DNA of 64,000 nt from the human T2T-CHM13v2.0 reference genome, Homo sapiens. This document shows, piece after piece, positions 1 through 11,500 of the stretch (its first letter is position 1; each line of letters starts with the position of its first letter). The notes beneath the pieces are model-generated. The model did no database searches. It was not told where the DNA came from and saw only the letters and a list, made by a program, of their open reading frames with translations. Location of the stretch: the NCBI RefSeq assembly GCF_009914755.1, contig NC_060944.1, one strand, 5' to 3'. The translations under genes and the position numbers were made by a program.

Positions 1-338
1 GTTGCAAACGGGAATGGCTTCATATAAACTCTAGACAGAAGCATTCTCAGAAACTTCGTTGGGATGTTTCGATTGAAGTCCCAGTGTTGAACATTCCCTT
101 TTATAGAGCAGGTTGGAAACACTCTTTCTGCATTCCCTGGAAGTGGACATTTGGAGCGCTTTCAGGACGACGGTGAAAATGGAAATATCTTACAAGAAAA
201 TCTAGATAGAAGCAATGTCAGAAACTTTTATGTGATGGATCTACTCAGCTAACAGAGTTGAACCTTTCTTTTGAGAGAGCAGTTTTGCAACACTCTTTTT
301 GTGGAATATGCAAGTGGATATTAGGGCAGCTTTGAGGA

Positions 339-355
339 TTTCGTTGGAAACGGGA
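339..355 (+). promoter_or_regulatory. CENP-B box (m2), perfect; repeated in each HOR
   Basis: TTTCGTTGGAAACGGGA matches YTTCGTTGGAARCGGGA. Confidence 0.97.
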
Positions 356-676
356 ATACATGTAAAAAGCAGACAGCAGCATTCTCAGAAACTTCTTTGT
401 GATGTTTGCATTGAAGTCACAGAGTTGAACATTCCCTTTGAGAGAGCAGGTTTGAAACACGCCTTTTGTCATATCTGGAAGTGTCCATTCGGAGCGCATT
501 CAGGCTTGTGTTGAAAAAGGAAATATCCTCCCATAAAAACTAGACAGAAGCATTCTCAGAAACTTATCTGTGATGTATGTACTCAACTAACAGAACTAAA
601 CCATCGTTTTGAAGGAGCAGTTTTGAAACACTCTTTTTGCGGAATCTGCAAGTGGATATTTGGCTAGCTGGGAGGA

Positions 677-693
677 TTTCGTTGGAAACGGGA
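677..693 (+). promoter_or_regulatory. CENP-B box (m4), perfect
   Basis: TTTCGTTGGAAACGGGA. Confidence 0.97.
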
Positions 694-843
694 TTACATA
701 CAAAAAGCAGACAGCAGCATTCTCAGAAACTTCTTTGTGATGTTTGCATTCAAGTCACAGAGTTGAACATTCCCTTTCATAGAGCAGGTTTGAAACACTC
801 TTTTTGTAGTATCTGGATGTGGACATTTGGATCGCTTTCAGGC

Positions 844-860
844 CTATGGTGAAAAAGGAA
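844..860 (+). promoter_or_regulatory. pJalpha (A-box) site in A-type monomer m5; variants in the other odd monomers
   Basis: CTATGGTGAAAAAGGAA at the position homologous to the CENP-B box. Confidence 0.85.
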
Positions 861-1014
861 ATATCTTCCCATGAAAACTAGACAGAAGCATTCTCAGAAA
901 CTTATTTGTGATGTGTGCCCTCAACTGACAGAGTTGAACCTTTGTTTTGATAGAGCAGTTCTGAAACACACTTTTTGTAAAATCTGCAAGAGGATATTTG
1001 GATAGCTTTGAGGA

Positions 1015-1031
1015 TTTCGTTGGAAACGGGA
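1015..1031 (+). promoter_or_regulatory. CENP-B box (m6), perfect
   Basis: TTTCGTTGGAAACGGGA. Confidence 0.97.
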
Positions 1032-1356
1032 ATGTCTTCATGTAAACTCTAGACAGAAGCATTCTCAGAAACTGCTTTGGGATGTTTCAATTGAAGTCCC
1101 AGTGTTGAACATTCCCTTTCATAGAGCAGGTTTGAAACACTCTTTTTGTACTATCTGGAAGTGGACATTTGGAGCGCTTTCAGGTCTACGGTGAAAAAGG
1201 AGATATCTTCCAATAAAAACTAGATAGAAGCAATGTCAGAACTTTTTTCATGATGTATCTACTCAGCAAACAGAGTTGAACCTTTCTTTTGAGAGAGCAG
1301 TTTTGAAACACTCTTTTTGTGGAATATGCAAGTGGGTATTAGGCCAGCTTGGAGGA

Positions 1357-1373
1357 TTTCGTTGGAAACGGGA
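1357..1373 (+). promoter_or_regulatory. CENP-B box (m8), perfect
   Basis: TTTCGTTGGAAACGGGA. Confidence 0.97.
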
Positions 1374-1694
1374 ATACGTATAAAAAGCAGACAGCAGCAT
1401 TGTCAGAAACTACTTTGTGATGTTTGCATTCAAGTCACAGAATTGAACACTCCCTTTCACAGAGCAGGTTTGAAACACTCTTTTTGTAGTGTCTGTAAGT
1501 GAACATTTGGATTGCTTTCAGGCCTAAGGTGAAAAAGGAAATATCTTCCCATAAAAACTAGACAGAAGCATTCTCAGAAACTTGTTTGTGATGTGTGCCC
1601 TCTACTGACAGAGTTGAACCTTTCTTTGCAAAGAGCAGTTTTGAAACACTCTTTTTGTAGAATCTGCAAGAGGATATTTGGATAGCTTTGAGGA

Positions 1695-1711
1695 TTTCTT
1701 GGGAAACGGGA
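1695..1711 (+). promoter_or_regulatory. Degenerate, predicted non-binding CENP-B box (m10), fixed in all 16- and 18-mers
   Basis: TTTCTTGGGAAACGGGA: the essential TTCG is changed to TTCT (core NTTCGNNNNANNCGGGN broken). Confidence 0.9.
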
Positions 1712-2036
1712 ATGTCTTCAGATAAACTCTAGACAGAAGCATTCTCAGAAACTTCTTTGGGATGTTTCAATTGAAGTCACAGTGTTGAACATTCCCTTTC
1801 ACAGAGCAGGTTTGAAACACTCTTTTTGTAGTGTCTATAAGTGAACATTTGGCGTGCTTTCAGGCCTAACGTGAAAAAGGAAATATCTTCCCATAAAAAC
1901 TAGACAGAAGCATTCTCAGAAACTTGTTCTTGATGTGTCCCCTCTACTGACAGAGTTGAACCTTTCTTTGCAAAGAGCAGCTTTGAAACACTCTTTTTGT
2001 AGAATCTGCAAGAGGATATTTGGATAGCTTGGAGGA

Positions 2037-2053
2037 TTTCGTTGGAAACGGGT
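2037..2053 (+). promoter_or_regulatory. CENP-B box (m12), core intact
   Basis: TTTCGTTGGAAACGGGT; only the non-essential last base differs. Confidence 0.92.
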
Positions 2054-2377
2054 ATGTCTTCAGATAAACTCTAGACAGAAGCATTCTCAGAAACTTCTTT
2101 GGGATGTTGCATTCAAGTCACAGAGTAGAACATTCCCATTCATAGAGCAGATTTGAAACACTCTTTTTGTAGTATCTGGAAGTGGACATTTGGAGCGCTT
2201 TCAGGCCTATGTTGAAAAAGGAAATATCTTCCCATAAAAACTAGACGGAAGCATTCTCAGAAACTTATTTGTGATGTGTTTGCTCAACTAACAGGATTGA
2301 ACCATCGTTTTGAAGGAGCAGTTTTGAAACACTGTTTTCGTGGAATCTGCAAGTGGATATTTGGCTAGCTTTGAGGA

Positions 2378-2394
2378 TTTCGTTGGAAACGGGA
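2378..2394 (+). promoter_or_regulatory. CENP-B box (m14), perfect
   Basis: TTTCGTTGGAAACGGGA. Confidence 0.97.
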
Positions 2395-2715
2395 TTACAT
2401 ATAAAAAGGAGACAGCAGCATTCTCAGAAACTTCTTTGTGATGTCTGCATTCAATTCACAGAGTTGAGCATTCCCTTTCATAGAGCAGGTTGGAAACACT
2501 CTTTTTGTAGTATCTGGATGAGGACATTTGGAGCGCTTTCAGGCGTATGGTGAAACAGGAAATATCTTCCCGTAAAAACTAGACAGAAGCATTCTCAGAA
2601 GTTTATTTGTGATGTGTGCCCTCAACTAACAGAGTTGAACCTTTCTTTTGATAGAGCAGTTTTGAAACACTCTTTTTGTAAAATCTGCAAGAGGATATTT
2701 GGATAGCTTTGAGGA

Positions 2716-2732
2716 TTTCGTTGCAAACGGGA
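2716..2732 (+). promoter_or_regulatory. CENP-B box (m16), core intact variant
   Basis: TTTCGTTGCAAACGGGA; G>C at a non-core position. Confidence 0.9.
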
Positions 2733-5440
2733 ATGGCTTCATATAAACTCTAGACAGAAGCATTCTCAGAAACTTCGTTGGGATGTTTCGATTGAAGTCC
2801 CAGTGTTGAACATTCCCTTTTATAGAGCAGGTTGGAAACACTCTTTCTGCATTCCCTGGAAGTGGACATTTGGAGCGCTTTCAGGACGACGGTGAAAATG
2901 GAAATATCTTCCAAGAAAATCTAGATAGAAGCAATGTCAGAAACTTTTATGTGATGGATCTACTCAGCTAACAGAGTTGAACCTTTCTTTTGAGAGAGCA
3001 GTTTTGCAACACTCTTTTTGTGGAATATGCAAGTGGATATTAGGGCAGCTTTGAGGATTTCGTTGGAAACGGGAATACATGTAAAAAGCAGACAGCAGCA
3101 TTCTCAGAAACTTCTTTGTGATGTTTGCATTGAAGTCACAGAGTTGAACATTCCCTTTGAGAGAGCAGGTTTGAAACACGCCTTTTGTCATATCTGGAAG
3201 TGTCCATTCGGAGCGCATTCAGGCTTGTGTTGAAAAAGGAAATATCCTCCCATAAAAACTAGACAGAAGCATTCTCAGAAACTTATCTGTGATGTATGTA
3301 CTCAACTAACAGAACTAAACCATCGTTTTGAAGGAGCAGTTTTGAAACACTCTTTTTGCGGAATCTGCAAGTGGATATTTGGCTAGCTGGGAGGATTTCG
3401 TTGGAAACGGGATTACATACAAAAAGCAGACAGCAGCATTCTCAGAAACTTCTTTGTGATGTTTGCATTCAAGTCACAGAGTTGAACATTCCCTTTCATA
3501 GAGCAGGTTTGAAACACTCTTTTTGTAGTATCTGGATGTGGACATTTGGATCGCTTTCAGGCCTATGGTGAAAAAGGAAATATCTTCCCATGAAAACTAG
3601 ACAGAAGCATTCTCAGAAACTTATTTGTGATGTGTGCCCTCAACTGACAGTGTTGAACCTTTGTTTTGATAGAGCAGTTCTGAAACACACTTTTTGTAAA
3701 ATCTGCAAGAGGATATTTGGATAGCTTTGAGGATTTCGTTGGAAACGGGAATGTCTTCATGTAAACTCTGGACAGAAGCATTCTCAGAAACTGCTTTGGG
3801 ATGTTTCAATTGAAGTCCCAGTGTTGAACATTCCCTTTCATAGAGCAGGTTTGAAACACTCTTTTTGTACTATCTGGAAGTGGACATTTGGAGCGCTTTC
3901 AGGTCTACGGTGAAAAAGGAGATATCTTCCAATAAAAACTAGATAGAAGCAATGTCAGAACTTTTTTCATGATGTATCTACTCAGCAAACAGAGTTGAAC
4001 CTTTCTTTTGAGAGAGCAGTTTTGAAACACTCTTTTTGTGGAATATGCAAGTGGGTATTAGGCCAGCTTGGAGGATTTCGTTGGAAACGGGAATACGTAT
4101 AAAAAGCAGACAGCAGCATTGTCAGAAACTACTTTGTGATGTTTGCATTCAAGTCACAGAATTGAACACTCCCTTTCACAGAGCAGGTTTGAAACACTCT
4201 TTTTGTAGTGTCTGTAAGTGAACATTTGGATTGCTTTCAGGCCTAAGGTGAAAAAGGAAATATCTTCCCATAAAAACTAGACAGAAGCATTCTCAGAAAC
4301 TTGTTTGTGATGTGTGCCCTCTACTGACAGAGTTGAACCTTTCTTTGCAAAGAGCAGTTTTGAAACACTCTTTTTGTAGAATCTGCAAGAGGATATTTGG
4401 ATAGCTTTGAGGATTTCTTGGGAAACGGGAATGTCTTCAGATAAACTCTATAGACAGAAGCATTCTCAGAAACTTCTTTGGGATGTTTCAATTGAAGTCA
4501 CAGTGTTGAACATTCCCTTTCACAGAGCAGGTTTGAAACACTCTTTTTGTAGTGTCTATAAGTGAACATTTGGCGTGCTTTCAGGCCTAACGTGAAAAAG
4601 GAAATATCTTCCCATAAAAACTAGACAGAAGCATTCTCAGAAACTTGTTCTTGATGTGTCCCCTCTACTGACAGAGTTGAACCTTTCTTTGCAAAGAGCA
4701 GCTTTGAAACACTCTTTTTGTAGAATCTGCAAGAGGATATTTGGATAGCTTGGAGGATTTCGTTGGAAACGGGTATGTCTTCAGATAAACTCTAGACAGA
4801 AGCATTCTCAGAAACTTCTTTGGGATGTTGCATTCAAGTCACAGAGTAGAACATTCCCATTCATAGAGCAGATTTGAAACACTCTTTTTGTAGTATCTGG
4901 AAGTGGACATTTGGAGCGCTTTCAGGCCTATGTTGAAAAAGGAAATATCTTCCCATAAAAACTAGACGGAAGCATTCTCAGAAACTTATTTGTGATGTGT
5001 TTGCTCAACTAACAGGATTGAACCATCGTTTTGAAGGAGCAGTTTTGAAACACTGTTTTCGTGGAATCTGCAAGTGGATATTTGGCTAGCTTTGAGGATT
5101 TCGTTGGAAACGGGATTACATATAAAAAGGAGACAGCAGCATTCTCAGAAACTTCTTTGTGATGTCTGCATTCAATTCACAGAGTTGAGCATTCCCTTTC
5201 ATAGAGCAGGTTGGAAACACTCTTTTTGTAGTATCTGGATGAGGACATTTGGAGCGCTTTCAGGCGTATGGTGAAAAAGGAAATATCTTCCCGTAAAAAC
5301 TAGACAGAAGCATTCTCAGAAGTTTATTTGTGATGTGTGCCCTCAACTAACAGAGTTGAACCTTTCTTTTGATAGAGCAGTTTTGAAACACTCTTTTTGT
5401 AAAATCTGCAAGAGGATATTTGGATAGCTTTGAGGATTTC
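2720..5440 (+). repeat. 16-mer HOR with 2-bp insertion (U2, 2721 bp)
   Basis: AAACTCTATAGACAG at ~4443-4457 versus AAACTCTAGACAG; anchor spacing 2964->5685 = 2721. Confidence 0.95.
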
Positions 5441-8400
5441 GTTGCAAACGGGAATGGCTTCATATAAACTCTAGACAGAAGCATTCTCAGAAACTTCGTT
5501 GGGATGTTTCGATTGAAGTCCCAGTGTTGAACATTCCCTTTTATAGAGCAGGTTGGAAACACTCTTTCTGCATTCCCTGGAAGTGGACATTTGGAGCGCT
5601 TTCAGGACGACGGTGAAAATGGAAATATCTTCCAAGAAAATCTAGATAGAAGCAACGTCAGAAACTTTTATGTGATGGATCTACTCAGCTAACAGAGTTG
5701 AACCTTTCTTTTGAGAGAGCAGTTTTGCAACACTCTTTTTGTGGAATATGCAAGTGGATATTAGGGCAGCTTTGAGGATTTCGTTGGAAACGGGAATACA
5801 TGTAAAAAGCAGACAGCAGCATTCTCAGAAACTTCTTTGTGATGTTTGCATTGAAGTCACAGAGTTGAACATTCCCTTTGAGAGAGCAGGTTTGAAACAC
5901 GCCTTTTGTCATATCTGGAAGTGTCCATTCGGAGCGCATTCAGGCTTGTGTTGAAAAAGGAAATATCCTCCCATAAAAACTAGACAGAAGCATTCTCAGA
6001 AACTTATCTGTGATGTATGTACTCAACTAACAGAACTAAACCATCGTTTTGAAGGAGCAGTTTTGAAACACTCTTTTTGCGGAATCTGCAAGTGGATATT
6101 TGGCTAGCTGGGAGGATTTCGTTGGAAACGGGATTACATACAAAAAGCAGACAGCAGCATTCTCAGAAACTTCTTTGTGATGTTTGCATTCAAGTCACAG
6201 AGTTGAACATTCCCTTTCATAGAGCAGGTTTGAAACACTCTTTTTGTAGTATCTGGATGTGGACATTTGGATCGCTTTCAGGCCTATGGTGAAAAAGGAA
6301 ATATCTTCCCATGAAAACTAGACAGAAGCATTCTCAGAAACTTATTTGTGATGTGTGCCCTCAACTGACAGTGTTGAACCTTTGTTTTGATAGAGCAGTT
6401 CTGAAACACACTTTTTGTAAAATCTGCAAGAGGATATTTGGATAGCTTTGAGGATTTCGTTGGAAACGGGAATGTCTTCATGTAAACTCTAGACAGAAGC
6501 ATTCTCAGAAACTGCTTTGGGATGTTTCAATTGAAGTCCCAGTGTTGAACATTCCCTTTCATAGAGCAGGTTTGAAACACTCTTTTTGTACTATCTGGAA
6601 GTGGACATTTGGAGCGCTTTCAGGTCTACGGTGAAAAAGGAGATATCTTCCAATAAAAACTAGATAGAAGCAATGTCAGAACTTTTTTCATGATGTATCT
6701 ACTCAGCAAACAGAGTTGAACCTTTCTTTTGAGAGAGCAGTTTTGAAACACTCTTTCTGTGGAATATGCAAGTGGGTATTAGGCCAGCTTGGAGGATTTC
6801 GTTGGAAACGGGAATACGTATAAAAAGCAGACAGCAGCATTGTCAGAAACTACTTTGTGATGTTTGCATTCAAGTCACAGAATTGAACACTCCCTTTCAC
6901 AGAGCAGGTTTGAAACACTCTTTTTGTAGTGTCTGTAAGTGAACATTTGGATTGCTTTCAGGCCTAAGGTGAAAAAGGAAATATCTTCCCATAAAAACTA
7001 GACAGAAGCATTCTCAGAAACTTGTTTGTGATGTGTGCCCTCTACTGACAGAGTTGAAACTTTCTTTGCAAAGAGCAGTTTTGAAACACTCTTTTTGTAG
7101 AATCTGCAAGAGGATATTTGGATAGCTTTGAGGATTTCTTGGGAAACGGGAATGTCTTCAGATAAACTCTAGACAGAAGCATTCTCAGAAACTTCTTTGG
7201 GATGTTTCAATTGAAGTCACAGTGTTGTACATTCCCTTTCACAGAGCAGGTTTGAAACACTCTTTTTGTAGTGACTATAAGTGAACATTTGGCGTGCTTT
7301 CAGGCCTAACGTGAAAAAGGAAATATCTTCCCATAAAAACTAGACAGAAGCATTCTCAGAAACTTGTTCTTGATGTGTCCCCTCTACTGACAGAGTTGAA
7401 CCTTTCTTTGCAAAGAGCAGTTTTGAAACACTCTTTTTGTAGAATCTGCAAGAGGATATTTGGATAGCTTTGAGGATTTCTTGGGAAACGGGAATGTCTT
7501 CAGATAAACTCTAGACAGAAGCATTCTCAGAAACTTCTTTGGGATGTTTCAATTGAAGTCACAGTGTTGAACATTCCCTTTCACAGAGCAGGTTTGAAAC
7601 ACTCTTTTTGTAGTGTCTATAAGTGAACATTTGGCGTGCTTTCAGGCCTAACGTGAAAAAGGAAATATCTTCCCATAAAAACTAGACAGAAGCATTCTCA
7701 GAAACTTGTTCTTGATGTGTCCCCTCTACTGACAGAGTTGAACCTTTCTTTGCAAAGAGCAGCTTTGAAACACTCTTTTTGTAGAATCTGCAAGAGGATA
7801 TTTGGATAGCTTGGAGGATTTCGTTGGAAACGGGTATGTCTTCAGATAAACTCTAGACAGAAGCATTCTCAGAAACTTCTTTGGGATGTTGCATTCAAGT
7901 CACAGAGTAGAACATTTCCATTCATAGAGCAGATTTGAAACACTCTTTTTGTAGTATCTGGAAGTGGACATTTGGAGCGCTTTCAGGCCTATGTTGAAAA
8001 AGGAAATATCTTCCCATAAAAACTAGACGGAAGCATTCTCAGAAACTTATTTGTGATGTGTTTGCTCAACTAACAGGATTGAACCATCGTTTTGAAGGAG
8101 CAGTTTTGAAACACTGTTTTCGTGGAATCTGCAAGTGGATATTTGGCTAGCTTTGAGGATTTCGTTGGAAACGGGATTACATATAAAAAGGAGACAGCAG
8201 CATTCTCAGAAACTTCTTTGTGATGTCTGCATTCAATTCACAGAGTTGAGCATTCCCTTTCATAGAGCAGGTTGGAAACACTCTTTTTGTAGTATCTGGA
8301 TGAGGACATTTGGAGCGCTTTCAGGCGTATGGTGAAAAAGGAAATATCTTCCCGTAAAAACTAGACAGAAGCATTCTCAGAAGTTTATTTGTGATGTGTG

Positions 8401-8501
8401 CCCTCAACTAACAGAGTTGAACCTTTCTTTTGATAGAGCAGTTTTGAAACACTCTTTTTGTAAAATCTGCAAGAGGATATTTGGATAGCTTTGAGGATTT
8501 C
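5441..8501 (+). repeat. 18-mer HOR structural variant (U3, 3061 bp)
   Basis: Spacing 5685->8746; extra 342-bp dimer (m12/m10 hybrid + m11) at 7351-7692. Confidence 0.96.
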
Positions 8502-11500
8502 GTTGCAAACGGGAATGGCTTCATATAAACTCTAGACAGAAGCATTCTCAGAAACTTCGTTGGGATGTTTCGATTGAAGTCCCAGTGTTGAACATTCCCT
8601 TTTATAGAGCAGGTTGGAAACACTCTTTCTGCATTCCCTGGAAGTGGACATTTGGAGCGCTTTCAGGACGACGGTGAAAATGGAAATATCTTCCAAGAAA
8701 ATCTAGATAGAAGCAATGTCAGAAACTTTTATGTGATGGATCTACTCAGCTAACAGAGTTGAACCTTTCTTTTGAGAGAGCAGTTTTGCAACACTCTTTT
8801 TGTGGAATATGCAAGTGGATATTAGGGCAGCTTTGAGGATTTCGTTGGAAACGGGAATACATGTAAAAAGCAGACAGCAGCATTCTCAGAAACTTCTTTG
8901 TGATGTTTGCATTGAAGTCACAGAGTTGAACATTCCCTTTGAGAGAGCAGGTTTGAAACACGCCTTTTGTCATATCTGGAAGTGTCCATTCGGAGCGCAT
9001 TCAGGCTTGTGTTGAAAAAGGAAATATCCTCCCATAAAAACTAGACAGAAGCATTCTCAGAAACTTATCTGTGATGTATGTACTCAACTAACAGAACTAA
9101 ACCATCGTTTTGAAGGAGCAGTTTTGAAACACTCTTTTTGCGGAATCTGCAAGTGGATATTTGGCTAGCTGGGAGGATTTCGTTGGAAACGGGATTACAT
9201 ACAAAAAGCAGACAGCAGCATTCTCAGAAACTTCTTTGTGATGTTTGCATTCAAGTCACAGAGTTGAACATTCCCTTTCATAGAGCAGGTTTGAAACACT
9301 CTTTTTGTAGTATCTGGATGTGGACATTTGGATCGCTTTCAGGCCTATGGTGAAAAAGGAAATATCTTCCCATGAAAACTAGACAGAAGCATTCTCAGAA
9401 ACTTATTTGTGATGTGTGCCCTCAACTGACAGTGTTGAACCTTTGTTTTGATAGAGCAGTTCTGAAACACACTTTTTGTAAAATCTGCAAGAGGATATTT
9501 GGATAGCTTTGAGGATTTCGTTGGAAACGGGAATGTCTTCATGTAAACTCTAGACAGAAGCATTCTCAGAAACTGCTTTGGGATGTTTCAATTGAAGTCC
9601 CAGTGTTGAACATTCCCATTCATAGAGCAGGTTTGAAACACTCTTTTTGTAGTATCTGGAAGTGGACATTTGGAGCGCTTTCAGGTCTACGGTGAAAAAG
9701 GAGATATCTTCCAATAAAAACTAGATAGAAGCAATGTCAGAACTTTTTTCATGATGTATCTACTCAGCAAACAGAGTTGAACCTTTCTTTTGAGAGAGCA
9801 GTTTTGAAACACTCTTTTTGTGGAATATGCAAGTGGGTATTAGGCCAGCTTGGAGGATTTCGTTGGAAACGGGAATACGTATAAAAAGCAGACAGCAGCA
9901 TTGTCAGAAACTACTTTGTGATGTTTGCATTCAAGTCACAGAATTGAACACTCCCTTTCACAGAGCAGGTTTGAAACACTCTTTTTGTAGTGTCTGTAAG
10001 TGAACATTTGGATTGCTTTCAGGCCTAAGGTGAAAAAGGAAATATCTTCCCATAAAAACTAGACAGAAGCATTCTCAGAAACTTGTTTGTGATGTGTGCC
10101 CTCTACTGACAGAGTTGAACCTTTCTTTGCAAAGAGCAGTTTTGAAACACTCTTTTTGTAGAATCTGCAAGAGGATATTTGGATAGCTTTGAGGATTTCT
10201 TGGGAAACGGGAATGTCTTCAGATAAACTCTAGACAGAAGCATTCTCAGAAACTTCTTTGGGATGTTTCAATTGAAGTCACAGTGTTGAACATTCCCTTT
10301 CACAGAGCAGGTTTGAAACACTCTTTTTGTAGTGTCTATAAGTGAACATTTGGCGTGCTTTCAGGCGTAACGTGAAAAAGGAAATATCTTCCCATAAAAA
10401 CTAGACAGAAGCATTCTCAGAAACTTGTTCTTGATGTGTCCCCTCTACTGACAGAGTTGAACCTTTCTTTGCAAAGAGCAGCTTTGAAACACTCTTTTTG
10501 TAGAATCTGCAAGAGGATATTTGGATAGCTTGGAGGATTTCGTTGGAAACGGGTATGTCTTCAGATAAACTCTAGACAGAAGCATTCTCAGAAACTTCTT
10601 TGGGATGTTGCATTCAAGTCACAGAGTAGAACATTCCCATTCATAGAGCAGATTTGAAACACTCTTTTTGTAGTATCTGGAAGTGGACATTTGGAGCGCT
10701 TTCAGGCCTATGTTGAAAAAGGAAATATCTTCCCATAAAAACTAGACGGAAGCATTCTCAGAAACTTATTTGTGATGTGTTTGCTCAACTAACAGGATTG
10801 AACCATCGTTTTGAAGGAGCAGTTTTGAAACACTGTTTTCGTGGAATCTGCAAGTGGATATTTGGCTAGCTTTGAGGATTTCGTTGGAAACGGGATTACA
10901 TATAAAAAGGAGACAGCAGCATTCTCAGAAACTTCTTTGTGATGTCTGCATTCAATTCACAGAGTTGAGCATTCCCTTTCATAGAGCAGGTTGGAAACAC
11001 TCTTTTTGTAGTATCTGGATGAGGACATTTGGAGCGCTTTCAGGCGTATGGTGAAAAAGGAAATATCTTCCCGTAAAAACTAGACAGAAGCATTCTCAGA
11101 AGTTTATTTGTGATGTGTGCCCTCAACTAACAGAGTTGAACCTTTCTTTTGATAGAGCAGTTTTGAAACACTCTCTTTGTAAAATCTGCAAGAGGATATT
11201 TGGATAGCTTTGAGGATTTCGTTGCAAACGGGAATGGCTTCATATAAACTCTAGACAGAAGCATTCTCAGAAACTTCGTTGGGATGTTTCGATTGAAGTC
11301 CCAGTGTTGAACATTCCCTTTTATAGAGCAGGTTGGAAACACTCTTTCTGCATTCCCTGGAAGTGGACATTTGGAGCACTTTCAGGACGACGGTGAAAAT
11401 GGAAATATCTTCCAAGAAAATCTAGATAGAAGCAACGTCAGAAACTTTTATGTGATGGATCTACTCAGCTAACAGAGTTGAACCTTTCTTTTGAGAGAGC

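Larger units (their letters stand above)
42..2760 (+). repeat. Canonical 16-mer HOR unit (2719 bp), reference copy
   Basis: Monomer starts 42, 213, 380, 551, 718, 889, 1060, 1231, 1398, 1569, 1740, 1911, 2082, 2252, 2419, 2590, next 2761. Lengths 11x171 + 4x167 + 1x170 = 2719. Confidence 0.97.

Noticed and set aside
44-52. TTCTCAGAA dyad (STAT-like TTCNNNGAA) and GGAAATATCTTCC-type short inverted repeats
   Set aside because: These are standard parts of the alpha-satellite consensus; nothing here supports a specific function.
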